Origin: Candidatus Nanohalobium sp.
GTDB taxonomy: Archaea > Nanohalarchaeota > Nanosalinia > Nanosalinales > Nanosalinaceae
Reading direction: 5' to 3'
Length of the DNA: 11,594 nucleotides
NCBI GenBank assembly: GCA_042217555.1
Contig: JBDGSL010000065.1
Span: 1 to 11,594 of the forward strand
Positions 1-6,525 of the stretch are shown here, in pieces. A program made the position numbers and the translations under genes. The notes below the pieces were generated by a model, which made no database searches, was not told the DNA's origin, and saw only the letters and a list, made by a program, of their open reading frames with translations. Each line of letters opens with the position of its first letter. Position 1 is the first letter of the stretch.

Positions 1-1
1 C

Positions 2-754
2 GAGATCGAGTTCGAGGATGAGGACTCGGAAACTCAGACAGCGTGGACGACGTCTTGGGGCCTCTCCACGAGGACGATCGGTGCCTTGATCATGGCACAC
101 GGAGACGATGATGGCCTTAGATTGCCTCCTTCCGTTGCCCCGGTACAAACGGTCGTCGTACCTATCTATCAAGAGGACAACCAGGAAGAAGTCATAGACT
201 ACGCAGAAGAAGTCGCCGGCGAACTCGAAGAGAAAGGCCTTAGAGTCAAATTAGATGACAGGGATCACAGGACTCCAGGGTACAAGTTCAACGAATGGGA
301 GCTGAAAGGAGTACCTCTCAGAGTGGAGATCGGGCCTAACGAAGTACAAGACAACGCAGTTACACCTGTCCGCAGGGACAACGGCGAGAAAGACATGGGC
401 CAGGACAGAGAAGAATTCATAGGGGAAGCCAAAGAAGTACTGGAAGACATCCAGGACTCACTCTACAGCGAACTGGAAGAGTATCTGCAGGAGAACATCA
501 GAGAGGCCGACTCAAAGAATGAGATCCTGGCCACGATCGGCAAATCCCGTGGATATGTCAAAACCAAGTGGTGCGGCAACGAAGAATGCGAGGCCGAAGT
601 GAAGGACGAAGTCTCCGCCGAGATTGTAGTACTGCCATTCGAAGAAGACTCCAAGCCTGCTACTATCCAGGAGAAAGATGAGGAAATTGACGGAAAATGC
701 TCTATCTGCGGCGAAGAAGCCGAGAGATGGGCTTACTTTGCGAAAAATTACTGA
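2..754 (+). CDS. proS: Prolyl-tRNA synthetase, archaeal/eukaryotic type (C-terminal part; 5' end lies outside the window)
   Basis: The frame is open from base 2: ...AWTTSWGLSTRTIGALIMAHGDDDGLRLPP (class II motif 3 region). It continues with the anticodon-binding domain (DDRDHRTPGYKFNEWELKGVPLRVEIGP), the C-terminal Zn-binding WCG..EC..CSIC and a terminal Tyr (FAKNY). Confidence 0.97.
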   Translation, partial: EIEFEDEDSETQTAWTTSWGLSTRTIGALIMAHGDDDGLRLPPSVAPVQTVVVPIYQEDNQEEVIDYAEEVAGELEEKGLRVKLDDRDHRTPGYKFNEWELKGVPLRVEIGPNEVQDNAVTPVRRDNGEKDMGQDREEFIGEAKEVLEDIQDSLYSELEEYLQENIREADSKNEILATIGKSRGYVKTKWCGNEECEAEVKDEVSAEIVVLPFEEDSKPATIQEKDEEIDGKCSICGEEAERWAYFAKNY

Positions 755-814
755 GGGAGTAATTTTTCTGGTGAAAACCTTCCAGAGGGGGCTGTTTTCG
801 CAGAGAACTACTGA
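695..814 (+). repeat. Degenerate 60-nt tandem duplication of the last 20 codons of proS
   Basis: 695-754 reads KCSICGEEAERWAYFAKNY* and 755-814, in the same frame, reads GSNFSGENLPEGAVFAENY*. The period is exactly 60 nt and both units end TACTGA followed by G. Confidence 0.7.
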
Positions 815-895
815 GAAAAGTGGTTTCACCTCATCTTTCTTCTCTCTTGAGAAATCTTCGGTTTTTATACAAGAAGATCTAAAACAGAATTAATA

Positions 896-1009
896 ATGAG
901 AACGCGTAGAGAATCTCAGGCCGTAATTAAAGGCCCTGAAGGCTATCTGGCTGTTAGAAAACTTAATGGGGAATGGTGTTTACACTGCTTCGGAGCAGCT
1001 TCTCCTTGA
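896..1009 (+). pseudogene. 5' fragment of a probable Nudix-family hydrolase, cut just before the Nudix box
   Basis: A TATA-like TTTTTATA at 862-869 precedes ATG 896 (leaderless spacing). The ORF reads MRTRRESQAVIKGPEGYLAVRKLNGEW, resembling the Nudix N-terminal strands up to the W that normally precedes xLPGG. It then runs into out-of-frame amidohydrolase sequence and stops at 1009. Confidence 0.5.
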
Positions 1010-1712
1010 GGCCAAGGACTGTGCAGAGATCTTCAACACCTCATATCATATTCACGTCTCGGAAACCGAGAAAGAAGTAAATGACTCGATAGATGAAAAC
1101 GAGAAACCGCCACTAGAATACCTCGACGAACTGGGACTTGTAAACAATGATTTGATAGCAGCACATGGAGTCTGGCTGACGGATAAGGAAAAACAGATCA
1201 TGGCAGAAAAAGGAGGAACTGTAGTCCACAATCCCGCAGCAAACCTGAAACTAGGTTCAGGGATCGCAGACATACCGGAAATAATGGAGAAAGAGATCAA
1301 CGTAGCTCTCGGAACTGATGGCGTAGCATCCAACAACAACCTCAACCTGTTCGAAGAGGCGAAAATTGCATCAATACTCCACAAACGAAACAGTCCGGAG
1401 AAAATCAACGAACAGCAAATACTCGATATGGCTACCATCAACGGTGCAAAAGCCCTAGGACTGGAAGATGAGATAGGTTCTATAGAGCTCGGGAAGAAAG
1501 CAGACCTGATAACAATAGACCTCGATTCGCCAGACATGACTCCTGTACACGGCAAGAAAGGCCTGATATCGAATATAGTGTACTCGTTCTCAGGCAAGGT
1601 TGACGAGGTAATAGTCGATGGCGAACCCGTTGTCCAGGATGGAGAGGCCGTTAAAGTAGGTAGAGAGAAAATTTTGAAGTACGCAGCAGATCTATCGGAA
1701 AAGTTCGAATAA
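977..1712 (+). pseudogene. C-terminal half of an amidohydrolase-superfamily deaminase (5'-methylthioadenosine/SAH deaminase MtaD/SsnA-like); N-terminal half missing
   Basis: Motifs VYT.SE, HIHVSET, AHGVW, HNPAANLKLGSG, LGTDG, ATINGAKALG and IGSIELGKKADL are present. Homology starts abruptly at VYT (expected PHAxYT) and the N-terminal HxH metal ligands are absent. ATG 966 could give a 248-aa product but lies in the non-homologous upstream segment. Confidence 0.8.
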
Positions 1713-1749
1713 AAAGGTTTTTACAAGCCAGGCCAGCTTTAAAGATGAT

Positions 1750-1986
1750 ATGGATGAAATACTGGATATCCTGACAGAGTTTGCGCCCATCGAAACCCTG
1801 ATATCTGTAATCGCAGGTCTAATGGTGGTAGCTGGCCTTATTGTGACGGTAGGAGGCTACTTCCTCAACCTTAACCTCTTCGACGAACTAGGGATTGCGG
1901 TAGGAGTAGTACTGATAATCGCCGGAGTACTGCTATACGTCTTCAGCTCTGTAGCAGGAGAGGCCCTGGAGCTAGTCCTCGGCTAG
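1750..1986 (+). CDS. Small membrane protein with two predicted transmembrane helices
   Basis: 78 aa with two long hydrophobic stretches (LISVIAGLMVVAGLIVTVGGYFL and LGIAVGVVLIIAGVLLYVF) and acidic termini. TATA-like TTTTTACA near 1718-1725 and a T-tract after the stop. Confidence 0.8.
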   Translation: MDEILDILTEFAPIETLISVIAGLMVVAGLIVTVGGYFLNLNLFDELGIAVGVVLIIAGVLLYVFSSVAGEALELVLG

Positions 1987-2016
1987 AAAGAGGCCTCCTA
2001 TTTTTACCATCTTTTT

Positions 2017-3126
2017 CTATACTTTTGCGTCTTTCAACTCTGGTTTCTCATCGATGCTCGGGATAGTTTTCTTCTGCTTGATCCGGCGGAACTTATCGTG
2101 ATCTTTAGGTTCTAACAGGGTGATTGCTTCTCCTTCACGGCCCTGGCGTCCTGCACGGCCGATTCTGTGGGTGTAGGTGTCTGCAGTATCCGGCACGTCG
2201 TAGTTGAAAACATGGGTTACACGGTCTACATCGATTCCACGGGCTGCAACGTCGGTTGCGACTACGACTTTGATCTCGCCGTTTGCGAACTTCTCCAGGG
2301 TGTCTTCTCTCTGGTTCTGGTTCATATCGCCGTTAAGCTCCTGGGCATCGATACCGTTTTTCCTCAGCTTGTCTGCAAGCCAGCGGGTGGTGGCCTTTGT
2401 CTGGCAGAAAACAACGGATAGATCTCTATCTTTCTTCTCTAGGAATGTGTACAGAAGCGAGAGCTTCTTGTCGGACTTTGCGTTAACGTATTTTTCGTCA
2501 AGATTTCTTGTCTGCTTGCTTTTCTCGATCCTGATGGTCTCTGGGTCAATATCGTACCGGTCGCACATCTTCTTCAGTGAACGCGGAATTGTGGCGCCGA
2601 AAAGAAGGTTCTGACGTTCATCCGGGAGATAGCTGATAATATCTTCTAGCTCGTCCTGGAAACCCATATCAAGCATGCGGTCGGCCTCATCCAGAACAAA
2701 GAAATCCAAGTTATCGACTTTAAGCTGGCCTTTACCCAGTAGATCAAGAACTCTTCCTGGAGTACCAACAACTATATTGGCCTTTTTCGCTCCCTCGATC
2801 TGAGGCTCGTAACTTACTCCACCGTAGATAGTAACTGTTTCAACAGGCTTGCCGGCAGCTGTATCAATCTCTTTCGTAATCTGTTTCGCCAGTTCTCTTG
2901 TAGGCGAAAGAATCAAGGCCTGTGTATCGCTTCCGTGTACCTGCTCCATTATAGGCAGTGAGAAGGCCAGTGTCTTACCGGATCCTGTCTCGGACTCAAC
3001 CATGAGGTCTTCGCCCTCGAAAACTTTAGGTATAGCTTTTTCCTGTACTTCTGTAGGTTCTGTAATTCCGTGCTTCTCCAGTTTCTCAACTGTTCTGTCT
3101 GAAATATTAAGCTCTGAAAAATTCAT
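2017..3126 (-). CDS. DEAD-box ATP-dependent RNA helicase (minimal core, CshA/DeaD-like)
   Basis: Q motif (F..L.I...PTEVQ), SETGSGKT, PTRELA, GG, TPGR, DEAD, GAT (motif III), TDVAARGID and HRIGRAGR. ATG 3126 is preceded by an SD-like GAGGATTTGAT. Confidence 0.96.
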   Translation of the reverse strand: MNFSELNISDRTVEKLEKHGITEPTEVQEKAIPKVFEGEDLMVESETGSGKTLAFSLPIMEQVHGSDTQALILSPTRELAKQITKEIDTAAGKPVETVTIYGGVSYEPQIEGAKKANIVVGTPGRVLDLLGKGQLKVDNLDFFVLDEADRMLDMGFQDELEDIISYLPDERQNLLFGATIPRSLKKMCDRYDIDPETIRIEKSKQTRNLDEKYVNAKSDKKLSLLYTFLEKKDRDLSVVFCQTKATTRWLADKLRKNGIDAQELNGDMNQNQREDTLEKFANGEIKVVVATDVAARGIDVDRVTHVFNYDVPDTADTYTHRIGRAGRQGREGEAITLLEPKDHDKFRRIKQKKTIPSIDEKPELKDAKV

Positions 3127-3214
3127 CAACTAAATCAAATCCTCGTATTATACCAGAGTATTGGCCCTCTGTCTTTTTATTTCAACGCGGATAGGAAAAA
3201 GAGGAGAAAAATAT

Positions 3215-4300
3215 TCAGCAGTAGTTTTTCTCAACGAAATCCATCATGATTCTGTAGTAATCGCCGAGGCTGTCGATCACTGCGTACTCGTTCGGTGCAT
3301 GAGCATTGTAGCCTTCAGGCCCGAAGACAACTGCTGGAATGCCGTGCTCTGTCAGGAACCTCATGTCGCTGCCCGGCTCCTTACGGGAGATCTTGCATTC
3401 CTCCTCAAATTTTTCAGCTGAACTTTTCAAGGCCTGAACATGTCTGTTATCGTGATTGGTTGAAAGCATTGACTCGTTTAGCGACTCCTCAACTTCAAGG
3501 CCTTCAATACTGCGGATATCCTCTAGCACTTCCTCATTGGGGTATTCTCTGGCGGTCCGGATATCTATCCATGATTCACATTTTTCCGGCACCTTGTTTG
3601 TGGATTCTCCAGACTCGATCTTTCCCAGATTTACTGTTGTAACCCATTTTTCACCGTCCTCATGGTCGGCGAACAGATCTCTGATATCGGGCCATTTCTC
3701 CATGAACTTTTCCGCTGCGTTCTCTCCGTTCCAGGGCCGTGATCCGTGTGCCGAGAGGCCTTTTGCAGTTACTTTCAGCCATAGAATCCCTTTCTGATCC
3801 GTAATTATGTCCATATAGCCTTCCTGGTTATTCGGTTCAGCTGATACCGCGAACTCTGGAGAGTAATGTTCTTCGAAGAGGTATCCTGCGCCGTTGAACC
3901 CTCCTTTTTCCTCGTCGGAGACTATCATCAGGCCTACGCTTGGTTGCTTATCTTTCAGGTCTTTCATTACCTGCATGAGTGCGGCGACTCCTGCCTTCAT
4001 ATCACCTGTTCCTCTGCCGTACAGTTTTCCGTCCTCTCTTTCTGGCTGGAACATTTCATCCGGTGCCTCTATTACGTCGATATGGCCGTGTAGCATCAGA
4101 TCAGGGTTTTTATCGCCGAAAGTGATGACTATGGAAGGGATGCCCTCGTTTTCATGCCGGTGGATCTCGAACTCTGGTTCGGAGAAGTAGTCCTCGATAA
4201 AGTCCAGGCACCTGTTTATCTCCTTCAGGTCGTCGTTTGTGGATTTGAACTTCACAAGTCCTTCGGTAAGTTCCAGTATCTGGTCCTGTTTATCGGCCAT
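3215..4300 (-). CDS. M20 family metallopeptidase/deacylase (DapE/ArgE-like)
   Basis: HGHIDV, YGRGTGDMKAG, DEEKGG, AEP, AHGS, NKVP and GSD..F...GIPAVVFGP...AH..NE metal-binding and dimerisation motifs. Confidence 0.93.
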   Translation of the reverse strand: MADKQDQILELTEGLVKFKSTNDDLKEINRCLDFIEDYFSEPEFEIHRHENEGIPSIVITFGDKNPDLMLHGHIDVIEAPDEMFQPEREDGKLYGRGTGDMKAGVAALMQVMKDLKDKQPSVGLMIVSDEEKGGFNGAGYLFEEHYSPEFAVSAEPNNQEGYMDIITDQKGILWLKVTAKGLSAHGSRPWNGENAAEKFMEKWPDIRDLFADHEDGEKWVTTVNLGKIESGESTNKVPEKCESWIDIRTAREYPNEEVLEDIRSIEGLEVEESLNESMLSTNHDNRHVQALKSSAEKFEEECKISRKEPGSDMRFLTEHGIPAVVFGPEGYNAHAPNEYAVIDSLGDYYRIMMDFVEKNYC

Positions 4301-4322
4301 ACCCAGTTATTACCGGAGAATT

Positions 4323-4332
4323 GTCTTAAATC
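4323..4332. promoter_or_regulatory. Putative bidirectional TATA box shared by two divergent leaderless genes
   Basis: CTTAAAT (+) / ATTTAAG (-) is centred near 4328, 28 nt from ATG 4300 (-) and 26 nt from ATG 4354 (+), in a 53-nt intergenic gap. Confidence 0.55.
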
Positions 4333-4353
4333 TTCAGGAACAAACAGTGTAGT

Positions 4354-4614
4354 ATGGAATTTGACTGGCTTGACCAAGCAGTTGACTATGCAGAAGAAGA
4401 GTACGGAGAGCTTGAAGGACGTGAGTTCGAAGCCTCTGTCCGAAGATCTCTTTCAGCACTAGGTTTTGACACAACCTTTGTCCAGGATGTAGAGCTTGAC
4501 GAGGGTGTTGTCAATAGTTACAAGGTTGAAACCGGTGAAGGAGATTACAAGATCGCAGTCCACAGAGATCAGTCCGAGATAGAAATCTACGATCGGCCCG
4601 ACCACCTTGCATAA
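4354..4614 (+). CDS. Hypothetical acidic protein (86 aa)
   Basis: D/E-rich composition like neighbouring genes, with an ATG at leaderless distance from the TATA. No recognisable motif. Confidence 0.75.
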   Translation: MEFDWLDQAVDYAEEEYGELEGREFEASVRRSLSALGFDTTFVQDVELDEGVVNSYKVETGEGDYKIAVHRDQSEIEIYDRPDHLA

Positions 4615-4646
4615 AAGATAAATTTCTCATTCCTTCATTATTCTTC

Positions 4647-5024
4647 ATGAGTTCTCAAAAAGAAGCCAAAAATACTTTTGAAAGAGTTATAGATGCCGCA
4701 CCAGACACGCTCTATGGCGATTACTCCGATTTAAGTGATCTTGAGGATCGGTATGTGGTTTTCGAATATGACGGTATTGATGAAGGTATCAATGTAATTT
4801 CCTCCGAGGATATTGGCATGATTCTCGAGGCCGGAGCTGCGAATGGCCAAGAATTTCCTCTTTTCAGAGGTATCGAGGCCAGCGAAGGATATGTCAGAAA
4901 GGCCTTGGAAAATGGAGAAGGATTGATGGCTGCAAGAATAAGAGAAGGAGAAGTTGATGATGCAGGTTACATGGTTGAAGAAGGAGAGCTGAAAGGCCTC
5001 ATGGCCTTCGAATCAACTAACTGA
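4647..5024 (+). CDS. Hypothetical acidic protein (125 aa)
   Basis: D/E-rich ORF with an AT-rich element about 25-30 nt upstream. Its 3' end overlaps the convergent gene by 12 nt. Confidence 0.75.
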   Translation: MSSQKEAKNTFERVIDAAPDTLYGDYSDLSDLEDRYVVFEYDGIDEGINVISSEDIGMILEAGAANGQEFPLFRGIEASEGYVRKALENGEGLMAARIREGEVDDAGYMVEEGELKGLMAFESTN

Positions 5025-6143
5025 AACATTTCTCACCCCTTCTACCGGTCCCTGTCCATGATCGCTGTATTCAGTGCCGGTGGCTTCAAGTGATTCTACT
5101 GCTGAATCAATTAACTGTATCTCGTTGGTACCGTCCTTGAAGAACTGATAGCTCATTGCATCGCTGACATCATCACCGTAGTTAATGGCCTCCGGGCTGT
5201 ATCTCTCAGGGGTGAAACCTTCCGCCGATAGCTTACTGGAAACATCCCATGCAGATTCGTGGTTGGCGTCGAACTCTACTCCAACCCAGCGCACATCTTC
5301 ATCTTCGACAGCTTCATCTATCGCTGTCATCGCCTCGTCCATGGACTGATCTCCGTCCGGAAGCACCTGGAAACTAGCCATCTTGCCGACTTCGTCATCG
5401 TAGACCTTCTGTTCTACACGGTAGCCTGTATCATCTACATCTTCTGGACCTACATGCAGATTTCTATCAAGGTTTTCATCCCTCTCGCTGTTGACACCGG
5501 AGAGAACATTGTCCACAAGACCTACGGTATCATCGGTGACATACACATCACGAGGATTTCCTTCTGTATGCTGGAAGTTGCCGTCGGGATAAACCATAGG
5601 AACCACTGTTTCACGGCCTTCTCCAGCGAATACCTCAGGGTACTTGTTCAGGCTGACACCTTCAGGTACTGCTCCCTTCTTTTCGTGGCCGTGCTGAGTC
5701 TTCGCATGAACAGAGGAGACAGGATGTGTAACATACCTGTCGGCGTCCGACTGTCTAGCTGTTTCAACCCTCTGATCTACCAGATCCTGGTAGAAAGGTG
5801 CGCCTTCCATTTCCTGAAACTCTGGGTCCAGAACAATCCCTCCGAACTCGGCCTCATGGCCATCACGGTGATACTTTACGGAGCCAGTACCGACAACAGT
5901 ATCCTCCGGTACTTCTTCGCCATCGACTTCCTGACCTCCAGCTACTTCCACTACAAAGTTGTCACTGCCTTCTCCGGGAATCACCTCTTCTTCAACCATT
6001 TCAGGGTCTGTGAAGGCCACAAAAGGATAGTCTTCGTAGACTGCGTTGTAAGCTCCTGCTATACCTTCAGCATCGAGCTCCTGTTCTCGGGCAGGTCTTA
6101 CTTTGTAATCTACTGATTTCTGTTCTTGCTCCAAGTAGGCCAC
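5013..6143 (-). CDS. Acidic GNAT-fold (N-acetyltransferase-like) protein with a C-terminal domain; start codon uncertain
   Basis: VRPA...IA.AY..VYEDYPF...DPE, VVGTGSV, AEFGGIVLDPEFQ and H...Q...EKKG..PEG follow the GNAT secondary-structure pattern. The acetyl-CoA motif A (Q/RxxGxG) is degenerate. GTG 6143 is immediately preceded by an in-frame TAG. Confidence 0.7.
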   Translation of the reverse strand: MAYLEQEQKSVDYKVRPAREQELDAEGIAGAYNAVYEDYPFVAFTDPEMVEEEVIPGEGSDNFVVEVAGGQEVDGEEVPEDTVVGTGSVKYHRDGHEAEFGGIVLDPEFQEMEGAPFYQDLVDQRVETARQSDADRYVTHPVSSVHAKTQHGHEKKGAVPEGVSLNKYPEVFAGEGRETVVPMVYPDGNFQHTEGNPRDVYVTDDTVGLVDNVLSGVNSERDENLDRNLHVGPEDVDDTGYRVEQKVYDDEVGKMASFQVLPDGDQSMDEAMTAIDEAVEDEDVRWVGVEFDANHESAWDVSSKLSAEGFTPERYSPEAINYGDDVSDAMSYQFFKDGTNEIQLIDSAVESLEATGTEYSDHGQGPVEGVRNVSVS

Positions 6144-6220
6144 CTATAGCTGCTGTTTTCTTGCTGATTTTTGCCTGTTTGTGCGTTGCGTCGTGTTGTA
6201 ATGGTGTGTTGTAGTGTCAT
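6110..6220 (-). CDS. Putative upstream/leader ORF (36 aa) overlapping the GNAT-like gene out of frame
   Basis: A strong SD GAGGTGA (6233-6227) lies 6 nt before ATG 6220. The ORF reads MTLQHTITTRRNAQTGKNQQENSSYRWPTWSKNRNQ* and overlaps the GTG 6143 ORF by 34 nt. Confidence 0.45.
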   Translation of the reverse strand: MTLQHTITTRRNAQTGKNQQENSSYRWPTWSKNRNQ

Positions 6221-6234
6221 TGAATTTCACCTCA

Positions 6235-6273
6235 AAAAGGAGAATGAGACTGTAGAGGTCTTTAGCTCTACAG
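6235..6273 (-). terminator. Hairpin followed by a pyrimidine/U tract (terminator- or attenuator-like)
   Basis: Perfect 8-bp stem CTGTAGAG (6250-6257) / CTCTACAG (6266-6273) with an 8-nt loop, followed on the minus strand by TCTCATTCTCCTTTTT directly before the SD. Confidence 0.5.
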
Positions 6274-6352
6274 AATCAGGATAATCAGCAGGATAATAGA
6301 AATACCAGGTGCTAGCTGATCAAGATCTGAAACAGAATTAAATATTCGAGAA

Positions 6353-6501
6353 CCAAGGCTAGGACTACTGCTGGATGTACTCCAGAACGCAGAATCCGTT
6401 GGTTTCTGCTTGAGCAGTCTTTCCTCCTGTGGAAAGCTGCAGAACGCGGCCACCCTTCTTGAGCTGGCCTTCAATAAAGCGTCCACCCGTGATTGCCTTG
6501 G
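6353..6501 (-). ncRNA. Candidate structured RNA (closing stem plus four-hairpin junction) in the leader of the GNAT-like gene
   Basis: Nested pairings were read by hand: CCAAGGC/GCCUUGG, GGAC/GUCC and UAUUG/CAGUA, enclosing four hairpins. G-U pairs favour the minus strand. It starts about 25 nt downstream of a TATA box. Confidence 0.55.
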
Positions 6502-6525
6502 ACATACCTGCAGTTAAGTGATTAC

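Noticed and set aside
678..893. 71-aa ORF bridging the proS end and the intergenic region, and the antisense 512-829 ORF
   Set aside because: These are out-of-frame overlaps with proS, with basic or low-complexity composition and no initiation signals.
896..1712. Programmed frameshift joining the Nudix-like start to the deaminase
   Set aside because: There is no slippery site at the junction, and the fusion would lack both the Nudix box and the deaminase HxH metal ligands. A deletion or mis-join is more parsimonious.
3154..3171. Small CAGAG/CTCTG hairpin upstream of the DEAD-box gene as a cold-responsive leader
   Set aside because: It is only a 5-bp stem, which is expected by chance, and has no other support.
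1052..4462. Multiple Ser/Phe-rich antisense ORFs (1052-1597, 2204-2614, 2849-3133, 3295-3642, 3456-3797, 3894-4190 and others)
   Set aside because: They are shadow frames of confidently assigned acidic proteins on the opposite strand.
5259..6116. 285-aa plus-strand ORF antisense to the GNAT-like gene
   Set aside because: It is an F/I/L/H-rich shadow of GAA/GAT/GAC-rich codons on the opposite strand, not acidic like real genes here, and has no promoter or motif.
6400..6430. GAGGAAAG and GCAGAAAC (minus strand) resembling RNase P RNA CR-I/CR-II
   Set aside because: There is no downstream ACAGAA...GCUUA partner to form P4, both motifs sit in local hairpins, and the spacing does not fit. SRP helix 8 and tRNA T-loop motifs are also absent.
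6365..6505. 46-aa leaderless ORF MSKAITGG...YIQQ (and the overlapping 6268-6486 ORF)
   Set aside because: It has a basic, non-halophilic composition and no motif, and the region is better explained by nested base-pairing. It is not fully excluded, since the ATG sits at the expected TSS.
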